A stretch of DNA of 64,000 nucleotides from Bacilli bacterium (lineage in GTDB: Bacteria > Bacillota_I > Bacilli_A > RF39 > UBA660): positions 16,654 through 80,653 of the forward strand of contig JAFWHR010000001.1 in NCBI GenBank assembly GCA_017511945.1, given 5' to 3'. The number at the start of each line of letters is the position of its first letter. Positions within the stretch are counted from its first letter, which is position 1. This document shows positions 1-9,600 of this stretch, in pieces. Below the pieces are notes generated by a model, which worked only from the letters and a program-made list of their open reading frames with translations, made no database searches and had not been told where the DNA came from. Made by a program: the position numbers and the translations under genes.

Positions 1-10
1 AACATATTTA

Positions 11-730
11 TTATTTATTTATAATTACTTTTTTATTTAATCTTTCTTTCTTATAATCTGCTAAATATTCTTTAAGTGATTTTGTCTGTTTAAATGGATT
101 TAAGAATGAATACTTTTCTTTTCTCTTTGCTTGTTCATCTTTAATATGCATTTTAAATTGTTCATATTTAACAGTGATATTGTTTTCTTTCGCATAATCT
201 TTAATCTTGATATATAGTTTACTAGAATATACTAAATCTATTAAAATAAATCCGGTGAATATTCCAAGTGTATATGAGAAAGTTAAATTTTTACTAAACC
301 AATCTAAAGAATGAAATACGTATGGTGCAAGAAAATAATAGTATATACCACCTATTACAGTCCATATTGCACTAAAAAGTGGACATATTAAGCCTTTATA
401 GTTTCCCCACTGATCACTATAATCCCATAGTCTAACATTGTTTTTTAGTCCTATCAAACCTCCGATTAATTCTATCACTGTCATAAGAAGGCCCATTAAT
501 AGAATTATAATAATAGGATTTAAGTTACTATCTTTAAATAGTAGGTATATTACAGTTAATGCTGATAATCCAAATCCATATATAGGGAGGTATGGACCTA
601 TTAAAAATCCTGGGTTAACCCACTTTCCATGGACAATTCTTCTAAAAAACAATTCCAATATCCATCCTAATGTACATCCCATATAAAATATAAATATAAA
701 TTGTAAAAATAGATTCATATGTACAAACAC
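11..730 (-). CDS. multi-pass membrane protein of unknown function
   Basis: 239-aa ORF with several hydrophobic helices and a Lys-rich C-terminus. No catalytic motif recognised. Confidence 0.4.
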   Translation of the reverse strand: MFVHMNLFLQFIFIFYMGCTLGWILELFFRRIVHGKWVNPGFLIGPYLPIYGFGLSALTVIYLLFKDSNLNPIIIILLMGLLMTVIELIGGLIGLKNNVRLWDYSDQWGNYKGLICPLFSAIWTVIGGIYYYFLAPYVFHSLDWFSKNLTFSYTLGIFTGFILIDLVYSSKLYIKIKDYAKENNITVKYEQFKMHIKDEQAKRKEKYSFLNPFKQTKSLKEYLADYKKERLNKKVIINK

Positions 731-733
731 TCC

Positions 734-1174
734 TTATTTAGTTTTTTTCAATACTTTTTCTGGATTTTCGTTATTCTTAACAAATGATTTAAAGTGCATT
801 AAATACTCATAAGCTTTTTCATTTTTATAAAATACTCTATTTTTTTCTATCGTACTTTTTGGAAAACTATTAAAGATTTTAATCGCTTTTATAAAATGAT
901 ATCTATACAGATTTTTATAAAATTCACCTAGTTCAGTTAGATCATTATATCTATCTATTAGATCATAAAGCTCCCAGTAAAATAACTCTCTATATCTATA
1001 ATCTTCTTCCAACTTTTTAGTTACACTATCCAGTTTTGTAATAAGATCTAAACAGGAATAATCAATTTGATTTAAAAGGTTTTCAAGTACTTTTTGTCTA
1101 TCATCATCTGACAGTGATTTAATATATTCATATAACTCTTTTTCACTGAGATTTTTAATATCATTTTGCATCAT
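734..1174 (-). CDS. hypothetical protein, co-directional with and overlapping the polA start by 14 nt
   Basis: 146-aa ORF, Tyr- and Lys-rich, no recognisable motif. Its start overlaps the end of the polA ORF, so the two are probably co-transcribed. Confidence 0.35.
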   Translation of the reverse strand: MMQNDIKNLSEKELYEYIKSLSDDDRQKVLENLLNQIDYSCLDLITKLDSVTKKLEEDYRYRELFYWELYDLIDRYNDLTELGEFYKNLYRYHFIKAIKIFNSFPKSTIEKNRVFYKNEKAYEYLMHFKSFVKNNENPEKVLKKTK

Positions 1175-3848
1175 ACCAACTCTTTCCGTAATTTTTTGTA
1201 ACTTTTAATGGGACACTAAGCTTATATACATTATCCATTATTTCAGTTACTATCTCATCTAATTTTTTAATTTCATCTTCATATACGTCAAATACTAGTT
1301 CATCGTGAACTTGTATTATCATTTTACTTTTTAAATTATTATCTTTTAGGGCTTTATACACTTTTACCATGGCAAGTTTAATTATATCTGCAGCTGTTCC
1401 TTGTATTGGTGTATTTAAGGCTATTCTCTCACCTGACTGTCTAATTAAGTAAACTGTATTATTTATCTCTGGAATGTTTCTCTTTCTTCCAAATAATGTC
1501 TTTACACTTCCCTTTTCTTTTGCTTCTTTTACTGTTTTTTCCATATAATCTTTAATTCCTGGATATGTCATTAAATAGGTATCTATAAACTGTTTGGCTT
1601 CTTTATTTGAAATTCCTACATTATCTCCTAGTCCGAAACTACTTATTCCATATATTATTCCAAAGTTAACTGCTTTGGCTACTCTTCTTTGATTTGATGT
1701 AACTAATGAAGGGGCAACTTTAAAGATGTCTGATGCTGTTTTTGTATGTATATCTTCTCCTTTTATGAAGGCTTGTTTTAAAGATTCAATATCAGCCATA
1801 TGGGTAAATATTCTAAGTTCAATCTGTGAGTAATCTGCTCCATATATGTAATCAAAATTAGGTATGAATGCTTTTCTTATATCTCTTCCAATTTGATCTC
1901 TAATAGGTATGTTTTGAAGGTTTGGTTCAATAGATGATAGTCTTCCTGTTCTGGTTAAATTTTGAGTATATATAGTATGGACTTTTCCATCTTTTATTTC
2001 ACTTAGTATTCCTTCTATGTATGTATTATATACTTTAGTAAGTTTTCTATATTCGATTATCTTATCTATTATAGGGTGAACTTCTCTCAGTTTATTAAGG
2101 ACATCTATGGCAGTTGATGTTGAGTTTTTTTTATGTGGAAGATCTAGCTTTTCAAACAGTATTTTAGATAGCTGTTTAGGAGATGAGATGTTGAACTTTT
2201 CTCCAGCTAAATTATATATGTCATTTGAAACTAGTTCTATTTTTATTTTAATACTCTCACCTTGATTTTTAAGTATTTGACTATCAACTTTTACACCAGT
2301 ATATTCCATGTCGGCTAAAACTATAGATAGTGGCATTTCTATTTCATTAAAAAGGTATTCTATATCTTCTTCTTTTATCTTTTTATTTAATTCATCTTTT
2401 GATTCCCAGATGAATCTCGCTCTATTAATTGTCTCTTTAATTATTTCTTCTTCATCTGGCAATGATAATTTAGAAAGTTTTCCATATATGTTTTCATAAA
2501 ATTTTAAATCATAATCTAACTGGTTTGCAAGATAGGATATATCGTCTTTCATGTTATAGTCTAATAGTGAGCCTGCTATCATGGTATCAAAAACTACGTT
2601 ATCTATATCTACATTTTGGTATTTGAGTGATACCAACATCTTTTTTAAATCGTATGTATATTTTTTGTTTTCCTTTAAAAATTTTGGATTTTGTTTTAAT
2701 ACATCTAAAGGAATATAATATGAAATATCATCATTGTAAACTCCCATTCCGATAATATGTGATTTATGATAATTTGTTCCAAGTATTTCTAAATATACGG
2801 CTACATCTTTATCAACTTTAATTTCATCTACATTTTTTATGACTTTAATTTCAGTTTCTTTAACTGATTTTTTTTCTTTTTTCTTTTTTAAAAATGAGTA
2901 AAATTCTAAGTCTTCATATATATTATTTAAGTTATCTGTGTCTTCTTTTCTATATATACAGTCATCTATATCTATATCCATATCTACATCTTTAACTATG
3001 GTTGCTAGATGATATGATTTGTAGGCGTTTTCCCTATCATTTATTAATTTTTCTTTTAATTTTCCTTTAACATTTTCTATATTTTCATATATTCCATCTA
3101 AGGTTTTATAGTCGTGAAGTAGTTTTAAAGCGGTCTTTTCTCCTACTCCTTTAACTCCTGGAATGTTATCTGAAGGATCTCCCATTAGGGCTTTTAAGTC
3201 TATTATGTTAATAGGATCTATTCCCCACTCTTTTTTAAATGATGTCTCATCATATCTGATATAATCTTTTTGTTTTAAAAGTTTTATATCTACATCTTTG
3301 GTAATCAGTTGTAAAAGGTCTTTATCACTACTTATAATAGTTCCTATAAATTCTTCTTTTTTATTGCAGTACTCTGAAAATGTACCGATTATATCATCTG
3401 CTTCATAGTTATCTATTTCATAGTATTTTATTCCCATTGCGGTTAGTATTTCTTTGGCTTTGGGAAACTGCATTTTTAACTCATCAGGTGTCTTTACTCT
3501 TCCATCTTTATATCCTTCATACTCTATATGTCTAAATGTCTTACCTTTATCAAAAGCAACTATAATATACTGTGGATTTTCTTCGTTTATTATTTTACTT
3601 ATCATATTTACAAATCCGTATAATGCATTTGTAGGAAATCCTTTAGAATTTTTCATAAAATTACCATTGTATGCGGTGGCATAATAGCTTCTAAATAGTA
3701 AGTTGTTTCCATCTACTAGTATTATTTTTTTCATATTTAATTTCCTTTCTAATTTATACTTTGTTAAGTCATCTAGATTTATTATAAAGTAATTTTTTAA
3801 ATAAAACAACCTGTGTAAATTTGTATAATTGTGTAAAAGTGTGAACAA
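1161..3848 (-). CDS. polA: DNA polymerase I
   Basis: 895 aa. N-terminal 5'-3' exonuclease region (MKKIILVDGNNLLFRSYYA, GDPSDNIPGVKGVGEKTA). C-terminal family A polymerase motifs (DYSQIELRI, RRVAKAVNFGIIYG, QVHDELVFD). Confidence 0.92.
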   Translation of the reverse strand: MFTLLHNYTNLHRLFYLKNYFIINLDDLTKYKLERKLNMKKIILVDGNNLLFRSYYATAYNGNFMKNSKGFPTNALYGFVNMISKIINEENPQYIIVAFDKGKTFRHIEYEGYKDGRVKTPDELKMQFPKAKEILTAMGIKYYEIDNYEADDIIGTFSEYCNKKEEFIGTIISSDKDLLQLITKDVDIKLLKQKDYIRYDETSFKKEWGIDPINIIDLKALMGDPSDNIPGVKGVGEKTALKLLHDYKTLDGIYENIENVKGKLKEKLINDRENAYKSYHLATIVKDVDMDIDIDDCIYRKEDTDNLNNIYEDLEFYSFLKKKKEKKSVKETEIKVIKNVDEIKVDKDVAVYLEILGTNYHKSHIIGMGVYNDDISYYIPLDVLKQNPKFLKENKKYTYDLKKMLVSLKYQNVDIDNVVFDTMIAGSLLDYNMKDDISYLANQLDYDLKFYENIYGKLSKLSLPDEEEIIKETINRARFIWESKDELNKKIKEEDIEYLFNEIEMPLSIVLADMEYTGVKVDSQILKNQGESIKIKIELVSNDIYNLAGEKFNISSPKQLSKILFEKLDLPHKKNSTSTAIDVLNKLREVHPIIDKIIEYRKLTKVYNTYIEGILSEIKDGKVHTIYTQNLTRTGRLSSIEPNLQNIPIRDQIGRDIRKAFIPNFDYIYGADYSQIELRIFTHMADIESLKQAFIKGEDIHTKTASDIFKVAPSLVTSNQRRVAKAVNFGIIYGISSFGLGDNVGISNKEAKQFIDTYLMTYPGIKDYMEKTVKEAKEKGSVKTLFGRKRNIPEINNTVYLIRQSGERIALNTPIQGTAADIIKLAMVKVYKALKDNNLKSKMIIQVHDELVFDVYEDEIKKLDEIVTEIMDNVYKLSVPLKVTKNYGKSWYDAK

Positions 3849-3901
3849 TTGATGTTTAAATTTTACCTCTACGTGTTAATATATTAATGGAGGTTAGCTT
3901 T

Positions 3902-4420
3902 ATGGTATATACTAAGAAAAAAAGAAATAGAAAAAATGTAATTATCATTTTATTAATTATCTCGGTAATTGGTCTTACGGGATATATTATTTATGGTAAT
4001 TTATATGATAATAAGAAGATGAATAGCCTAAACGATGATGTAGAAAAATTAAATAGTAAAGTCTCTGATTTGAAAAAAGAAAATGAAAAGCTAAGTGAAG
4101 AAGTTAAAAAAAATGAAGAGGAAAAAAAAGAAGCTGAATCTAAAGGATATATAAACGCTTTTTACTATGGTGTTAATAATGGGATAGATCCAAGTGGAAT
4201 TCAAGTTAACATTAAAACTTGTTTAACCTTGTTTGATGATGGAACTTTTACACAAATATATGTCGATAGTGAGGGACTTAGTGGTACATATAAATTTGAA
4301 AATGGAAAGATAATTTTATCTGGCAATAATGCTAATGGTGAGTTTAACATTGTTTCGGATATATCTGATGATAATAAAACTATACAACTTGGAAATGTCA
4401 CATTAAATAAAGTAAACTAA
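3902..4420 (+). CDS. membrane-anchored coiled-coil protein, unknown function
   Basis: The start is likely at the internal ATG at 3902 (MVYTKKKRNRK), preceded by GGAGG at about -9. One N-terminal TM helix, then a Lys/Glu-rich coiled coil and a small beta-rich C-terminal domain. Confidence 0.45.
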   Translation: MVYTKKKRNRKNVIIILLIISVIGLTGYIIYGNLYDNKKMNSLNDDVEKLNSKVSDLKKENEKLSEEVKKNEEEKKEAESKGYINAFYYGVNNGIDPSGIQVNIKTCLTLFDDGTFTQIYVDSEGLSGTYKFENGKIILSGNNANGEFNIVSDISDDNKTIQLGNVTLNKVN

Positions 4421-4434
4421 AAGAAATTTACATT

Positions 4435-4911
4435 TTATTTTGTAAATTTCTTTATTTTTATGTTTTCTTTTTTAGATATGTTTAAATCAATATCACTAGA
4501 TATTACTGGTCTATCTGTGCCTAGGGCTCTTACTTTTATAACTTTAACTGTATTATCTATAATCTCATCTATAAGTTCATCTGTAAGAATTCCAAATTCT
4601 AAATTTTTACGTATACTTTCGTTATAAAGTGTTACTAGGGATGAAAAATCCTGTGTGTAATAACCGTTTCTATCCATATATTTTAGGGTTAGTGGTACAT
4701 CTTTTTCTTTAAATATCCTCATCATGTATACGCCTTTAATTTTGCCATTACTTTTGTGGACTCTAAAATCAATGTTACACTTTTTTTTATACTCATTTTC
4801 ATAAATATCTACACATATTGATGTTTTATCTACAACTGGACTTAAATATTTTCTATGAATTCTTCCCTTTTCATCTATATATTCAAATGATTCTACATGC
4901 ACATCTATCAC
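4435..4911 (-). CDS. hypothetical protein
   Basis: 158-aa ORF with no recognisable motif. It lies immediately downstream of the Fic-like ORF on the same strand and is probably co-transcribed with it. Confidence 0.35.
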   Translation of the reverse strand: MIDVHVESFEYIDEKGRIHRKYLSPVVDKTSICVDIYENEYKKKCNIDFRVHKSNGKIKGVYMMRIFKEKDVPLTLKYMDRNGYYTQDFSSLVTLYNESIRKNLEFGILTDELIDEIIDNTVKVIKVRALGTDRPVISSDIDLNISKKENIKIKKFTK

Positions 4912-4954
4912 CTCTTAAGCTGGTATTATATCACTTATATTATTTATATTCAAA

Positions 4955-5926
4955 TCATTTGGATATTTTTTTAATTTTAACTTTTTTGTATACATCATCA
5001 TCTAATTCTATCAATTGTCTATTTAGATATAACTTTTTATTCATGTTATTTTTTTCTATTATAATATTTTTATCTAAGAGTTGCTTAAGTATTTTTAGTG
5101 AACTTCTATCTATTAATTTTATTATATCTTTGGAATTTGTAATATTGAGCATTATTTTAATCATATACATCTGTTCACTTGATAGATTTCGATATTTTTT
5201 TATGCTATTTATTATTGAATGTATTTCCATTTCTTTTTGAACTGATGATAAGGACAATTCAATAAAATCTGTAACATTTCCCTTTCTAGAGTTATAAAGG
5301 GATCTTTGATATTTACTTCTATTAAATGAAAGTCCATTTTCAATTAATAAGTAGTTATAGTTTTTATTGTTGATGAGATTCCACGATGCAAGCATTCTAG
5401 AGGTCCTTTTGTTTAAATCGAAATACGGATGTATGTAGTATAGATAAAAGTGAATAATCTGTGAGTCTATAAAGTTTTCAATATCTTCTGATTTGCTATT
5501 TTGGATAAATAAAAATAATCTATCCATGAATTCGTTAATTTTATTATAATCCATACATTCTATACAGTCTAATATACTTCCGTTTTTTAATATAAATACC
5601 TCGCCCTCTCTATAGTATTTTCCCATGTTTTTTTCACTATATATGTCAAGTAATTTGTCACTTCTTATGTCATATAGTTTTTTTAAGGTATCTTTATTTA
5701 TATCTCTTTGATTTAAAATGTATTCGTATGATTTAAGTACATTATTTCTTTCTTTTCTATTATAATCTGTTAAATTTAAAATATCTTTTACCGAAATATT
5801 ACTTAGTGAATTCTCAATTGATAGGAATATTTCGATATCTTTCTTTAAGTTTGTTACACGTATTTGATCATAGTATAATCTTCTTCCTCTCTCTGTTCTA
5901 AGAGGGATTCTTATATATCTATCCAT
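4955..5926 (-). CDS. Fic/Doc-fold protein with degenerate active-site motif
   Basis: 323 aa. The segment HFYLYYIHPYFDLNKRTSRMLASWNLI matches the Fic core helix, but the HPFx[DE]GNGRxxR signature is degenerate (HPYFDLNKRTSR, with both Gly lost). The C-terminal part looks like a winged-helix domain. Confidence 0.4.
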   Translation of the reverse strand: MDRYIRIPLRTERGRRLYYDQIRVTNLKKDIEIFLSIENSLSNISVKDILNLTDYNRKERNNVLKSYEYILNQRDINKDTLKKLYDIRSDKLLDIYSEKNMGKYYREGEVFILKNGSILDCIECMDYNKINEFMDRLFLFIQNSKSEDIENFIDSQIIHFYLYYIHPYFDLNKRTSRMLASWNLINNKNYNYLLIENGLSFNRSKYQRSLYNSRKGNVTDFIELSLSSVQKEMEIHSIINSIKKYRNLSSEQMYMIKIMLNITNSKDIIKLIDRSSLKILKQLLDKNIIIEKNNMNKKLYLNRQLIELDDDVYKKVKIKKISK

Positions 5927-6010
5927 ATAATCACTTCCAAGAATATAATTATATACTATTAATATTTAATGTCAAATTTAGTATTATTTACATCATAAAA
6001 AATGCAAAGG

Positions 6011-6589
6011 TTAATTTCTGCATTTTTGTTTTAATAATTTTTTTATTTCATCTTCTTTAGAAATCCTTATTGGCTCTTCTATCATCTTTTTCAATTCTTC
6101 TTTGTATGTACTATCGACTTCTTCAGAAAAACTCTTTATGAATCTCATATTATTGGAATTCATTATTACTCTCGCGTGGGCGTCTATGTCGGAATCTTTA
6201 ATATCTCTTGCATATTTAAAATTCCAATATGGGCTAGCGCTTTCTATCATTAATCTACCGTGTGCTAAGATGTCGGCTCCTTTAACATCTCTTGCGAATA
6301 AATAGTTCCAATGTAGATCTTTACTCTCTAAAATGAATGTTTCGTGTGATTTAATATCTGCTCCTTCAACATCTCTTGCGAAAAAATAATTTAAATATCG
6401 ATTTCTACTTTTTAAAACAACTTTTCCATGTTCTAAAACACTTGCTCCTTTTATAGTTTTTGCAAAGTCGTATGATAGTTTTGCATCATTAAGGCTTAAA
6501 ATATCGCTTTCAAATTTATCTACTTCCTCATTAAATCCATATTCCTTAACATATAATGCGATTCTATTTACTATTTCCTCTAATTCCAT
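6011..6589 (-). CDS. repeat protein with four ~30-36 aa internal repeats, unknown function
   Basis: 192 aa. Four tandem copies of an (F/Y)ARD(V/I)xGADIxxH-type repeat. The repeat is visible at DNA level at 6100-6470 as three near-identical copies of gctcctttaacatctcttgcgaa. Confidence 0.45.
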   Translation of the reverse strand: MELEEIVNRIALYVKEYGFNEEVDKFESDILSLNDAKLSYDFAKTIKGASVLEHGKVVLKSRNRYLNYFFARDVEGADIKSHETFILESKDLHWNYLFARDVKGADILAHGRLMIESASPYWNFKYARDIKDSDIDAHARVIMNSNNMRFIKSFSEEVDSTYKEELKKMIEEPIRISKEDEIKKLLKQKCRN

Positions 6590-6604
6590 TTTTCCAAACC
6601 TCCT

Positions 6605-9600
6605 TTAAAATAGACTTAGTTGACTGGATTCTTCCATCCCATCTAAAACTCCCATCGATCTCAACTTTTCTATCAGAGTAGATGATATTTTGGCTCTTTT
6701 TTGAAGATCTTCAATACTTATGAAGTTTCTCTTTTCTCTTTCATCAACTATGTTTTTAGCAACTGTTATCCCAAGGCCATCAACTGATCTAAATGGAGGA
6801 ATTAATGAATGGTTATCTTCATCTATTACAAAGTCTGAGTAATGGCTTTTATATAAATCTATCGGTTTAAAGGTATATCCTCTCGCTAGAGCTTCTAGAG
6901 CTACTTTTAAGCATTCTAATATTGATGATTCTTTATTGGTTGCATCATATCCTTTTTCCTGAATTTCGATAATTCTAGCTTTTACTGATTCATATCCTTT
7001 TATCATGCAATCGATATCGAAGTCATCATATTCTACGGAAAATTGGGCAGCATAATATACTTCTGGTTTATGTACTTTATAATATGCTAGTCTGAAGGCG
7101 TTTACAACATAGGCAACTGCGTGGGCTTTTGGAAACATGTATTTTATTTTAGCACACGAATCTATAAACCACTTTTCTATGTCATTTTCTTCCATTATTT
7201 TTACGTATTCCTGCCAAAGTGCGGGATCTTTACTCGCTCTACCTTTTCTTACAAATTCCATAATTTTAAAGGCATCTATCGGTTTTAATCCATGATACAT
7301 AAGATAAACCATAATATCATCACGGCAGCCTATTACATCAGAAAATGGTACTATTTCCTGGTCTATCAGATCTTTAGCATTTCCATTCCATACATCGGTT
7401 CCGTGTGATAGACCTGATATTTTAACTAGTTCAGCAAATGTTTTAGGTTTAGTTTCTCTTACTAGTTGAAGGGTAAATGGTGTACCAAATTCTGGTATTC
7501 CTAAACTTCCTGTATCGTTCATGATTTCCTCTTTGGTAACTCCAAGTGGTTTTGGGGATAAAAATATTCCCATGGTTTCTTTATCATCTAATGGTATTTT
7601 TGTAACATCATCACCGGTTATATCTTGAACAACTCTTAGTTTAGTAGGTCCAGAATGACCTAAAATGTCTAATTTAAGAACGTCTTGGTCAATGGCATGA
7701 TAATCAAAATGTGTAGTTCTCCAAGGTGATGTTACATCATCTGCTGGATACTGGTAAGGTGTAAAGTCATATACATCCATGTATCCTGGTATAACTACTA
7801 TTCCACCTGGGTGCTGGCCAGTTGTCCTTTTTACTCCTTCACATCCTTTAGCAAGTCTTTCTACTTCAGCTGTTCTCATGTAAATACCTTTATCTTCACA
7901 GTATCCTTTGACAAATCCAAAGGCGGTTTTTTCAGCAACTGTTCCAATAGTTCCTGCTCTATATACGTTATCTACTCCAAATAGTACTTTTGTATATTCA
8001 TGGGCTGCTGCTTGATTTCTCTCTGAAAAGTTCAAATCGATATCTGGCACTTTATCGGCGTGGAATCCTAAGAATGTAGCAAATGGCATGTCTTGTCCTT
8101 CTTTGTTCATTTTTGTTTCGCATTTAGGACAGTTTTTATCTGGAAGATCATATCCACTTCCATAATCACTTCCAAGTGGTTTTCCATCTATTTCAAATAT
8201 TGAGTGTTTACAGTTTGGACATACATAATGTGGCGGGAGGGCATTAACTTCTGTTATTCCCATCATTGTTGCGACTAATGATGATCCTACTGATCCTCTA
8301 CTTCCAACTAAATATCCATCATCATTTGACTTTTTAACCAGTTTTTGACTGATTAAATATATGACGTCAAAATGGGCACCTATTATTCCTGTAAGTCTAT
8401 CTTCTACTTCTTTATCTATGTTTTCTTCTATTCCTTTATCTAATAAGTCTTTTTTAATTATTTCTTTTACTTTATCAATGCCACCAATCATTGCTTCATG
8501 TAGTTTTTCATATATAATCTTTTCATATTCTTCATTTGATAATTTATCTTTTTTTGTTTGGTTTTTAATAGCATCAAATGGTTCGTCTCCATAAAGTTCT
8601 GTGGCTAGGCGCTCTTCTATGTTGTATGGAAGAGGATTTCCATATATCTCTTCTGCTTTGGTGTAAACTAAATCTAGGGTTGTCTCTGTACAATTTTCTA
8701 TTTTAGGGGCGAATGGTATTCCACCGGTATCAATTATTACCTCTAGAATATCTACCATATCTGCTATTTTATTTGTATTTGTAATGACTATCTCTCTTGC
8801 CTCTTCTTCATTTAAAAATGAGAAGTCTTCTAACATTTCATCTGTTGTTCTAAAGTATTGATTTGGAATTGATGTTATATTTTTTCTAGCTAGTGGATGT
8901 CTTCCTCCTCCAGGAACTTTTTGGTTTACAATTATCTCTCTATATATTTTATCTTCTGGTTCTATCTGATGTACATCGCCTGATGCGACTATGATCTTTC
9001 CTGATTCTTTTGTAACTCTAATTATCTTTTTTATATGGTTAATCAGCTCTGCTTTATTGGCGAAATCTCCCATTTGAATTAAATGATCATATACATCTAG
9101 TGGCTGAACTTCTACATAGTCGTAGAAATTGATTAGGTTTGAAAGTTCTTCATCAGATTTACTTCTAGCTAATCTAAATATTTCACTTTCATAACATCCG
9201 CTTCCAATTAGTAATCCCTCTCTATGTTTTTCTATTTCACTTCTAAGTATTCTCGGTGTTTTATATAAATACTTTGTATTTGATAGAGATATCAATTTAA
9301 ACATATTTTTAAGTCCTGTTTTGTTTTTGGCAATCATGTTTACGTGGTAACTTGATCCATATTTGTGTATTTCATCTTTTGAAACTAATTTATCTAAATC
9401 TTTAATCGTTTTAAAGTTTCTAGATACTAGTTTTTTTAACATCTTATGAAAAACTAAAGCTGTTCCTTCTGCGTCGTAATCACCTCTATGATGGGCAGTT
9501 TCATCCCATGGAACGTCATACCTTTTAACTAATGCAGAAAGGCCATGTCTGGAATAACCTGAATCTAAGGTTCTAGATAGTTCTAATGTGTCAATTACTG

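Noticed and set aside
6011-6589. Ankyrin-repeat assignment for the ARDxxGADIxxH repeat protein
   Set aside because: Repeat length and spacing between LH and GAD do not fit the 33-aa ankyrin consensus. It is left as an unassigned repeat family.
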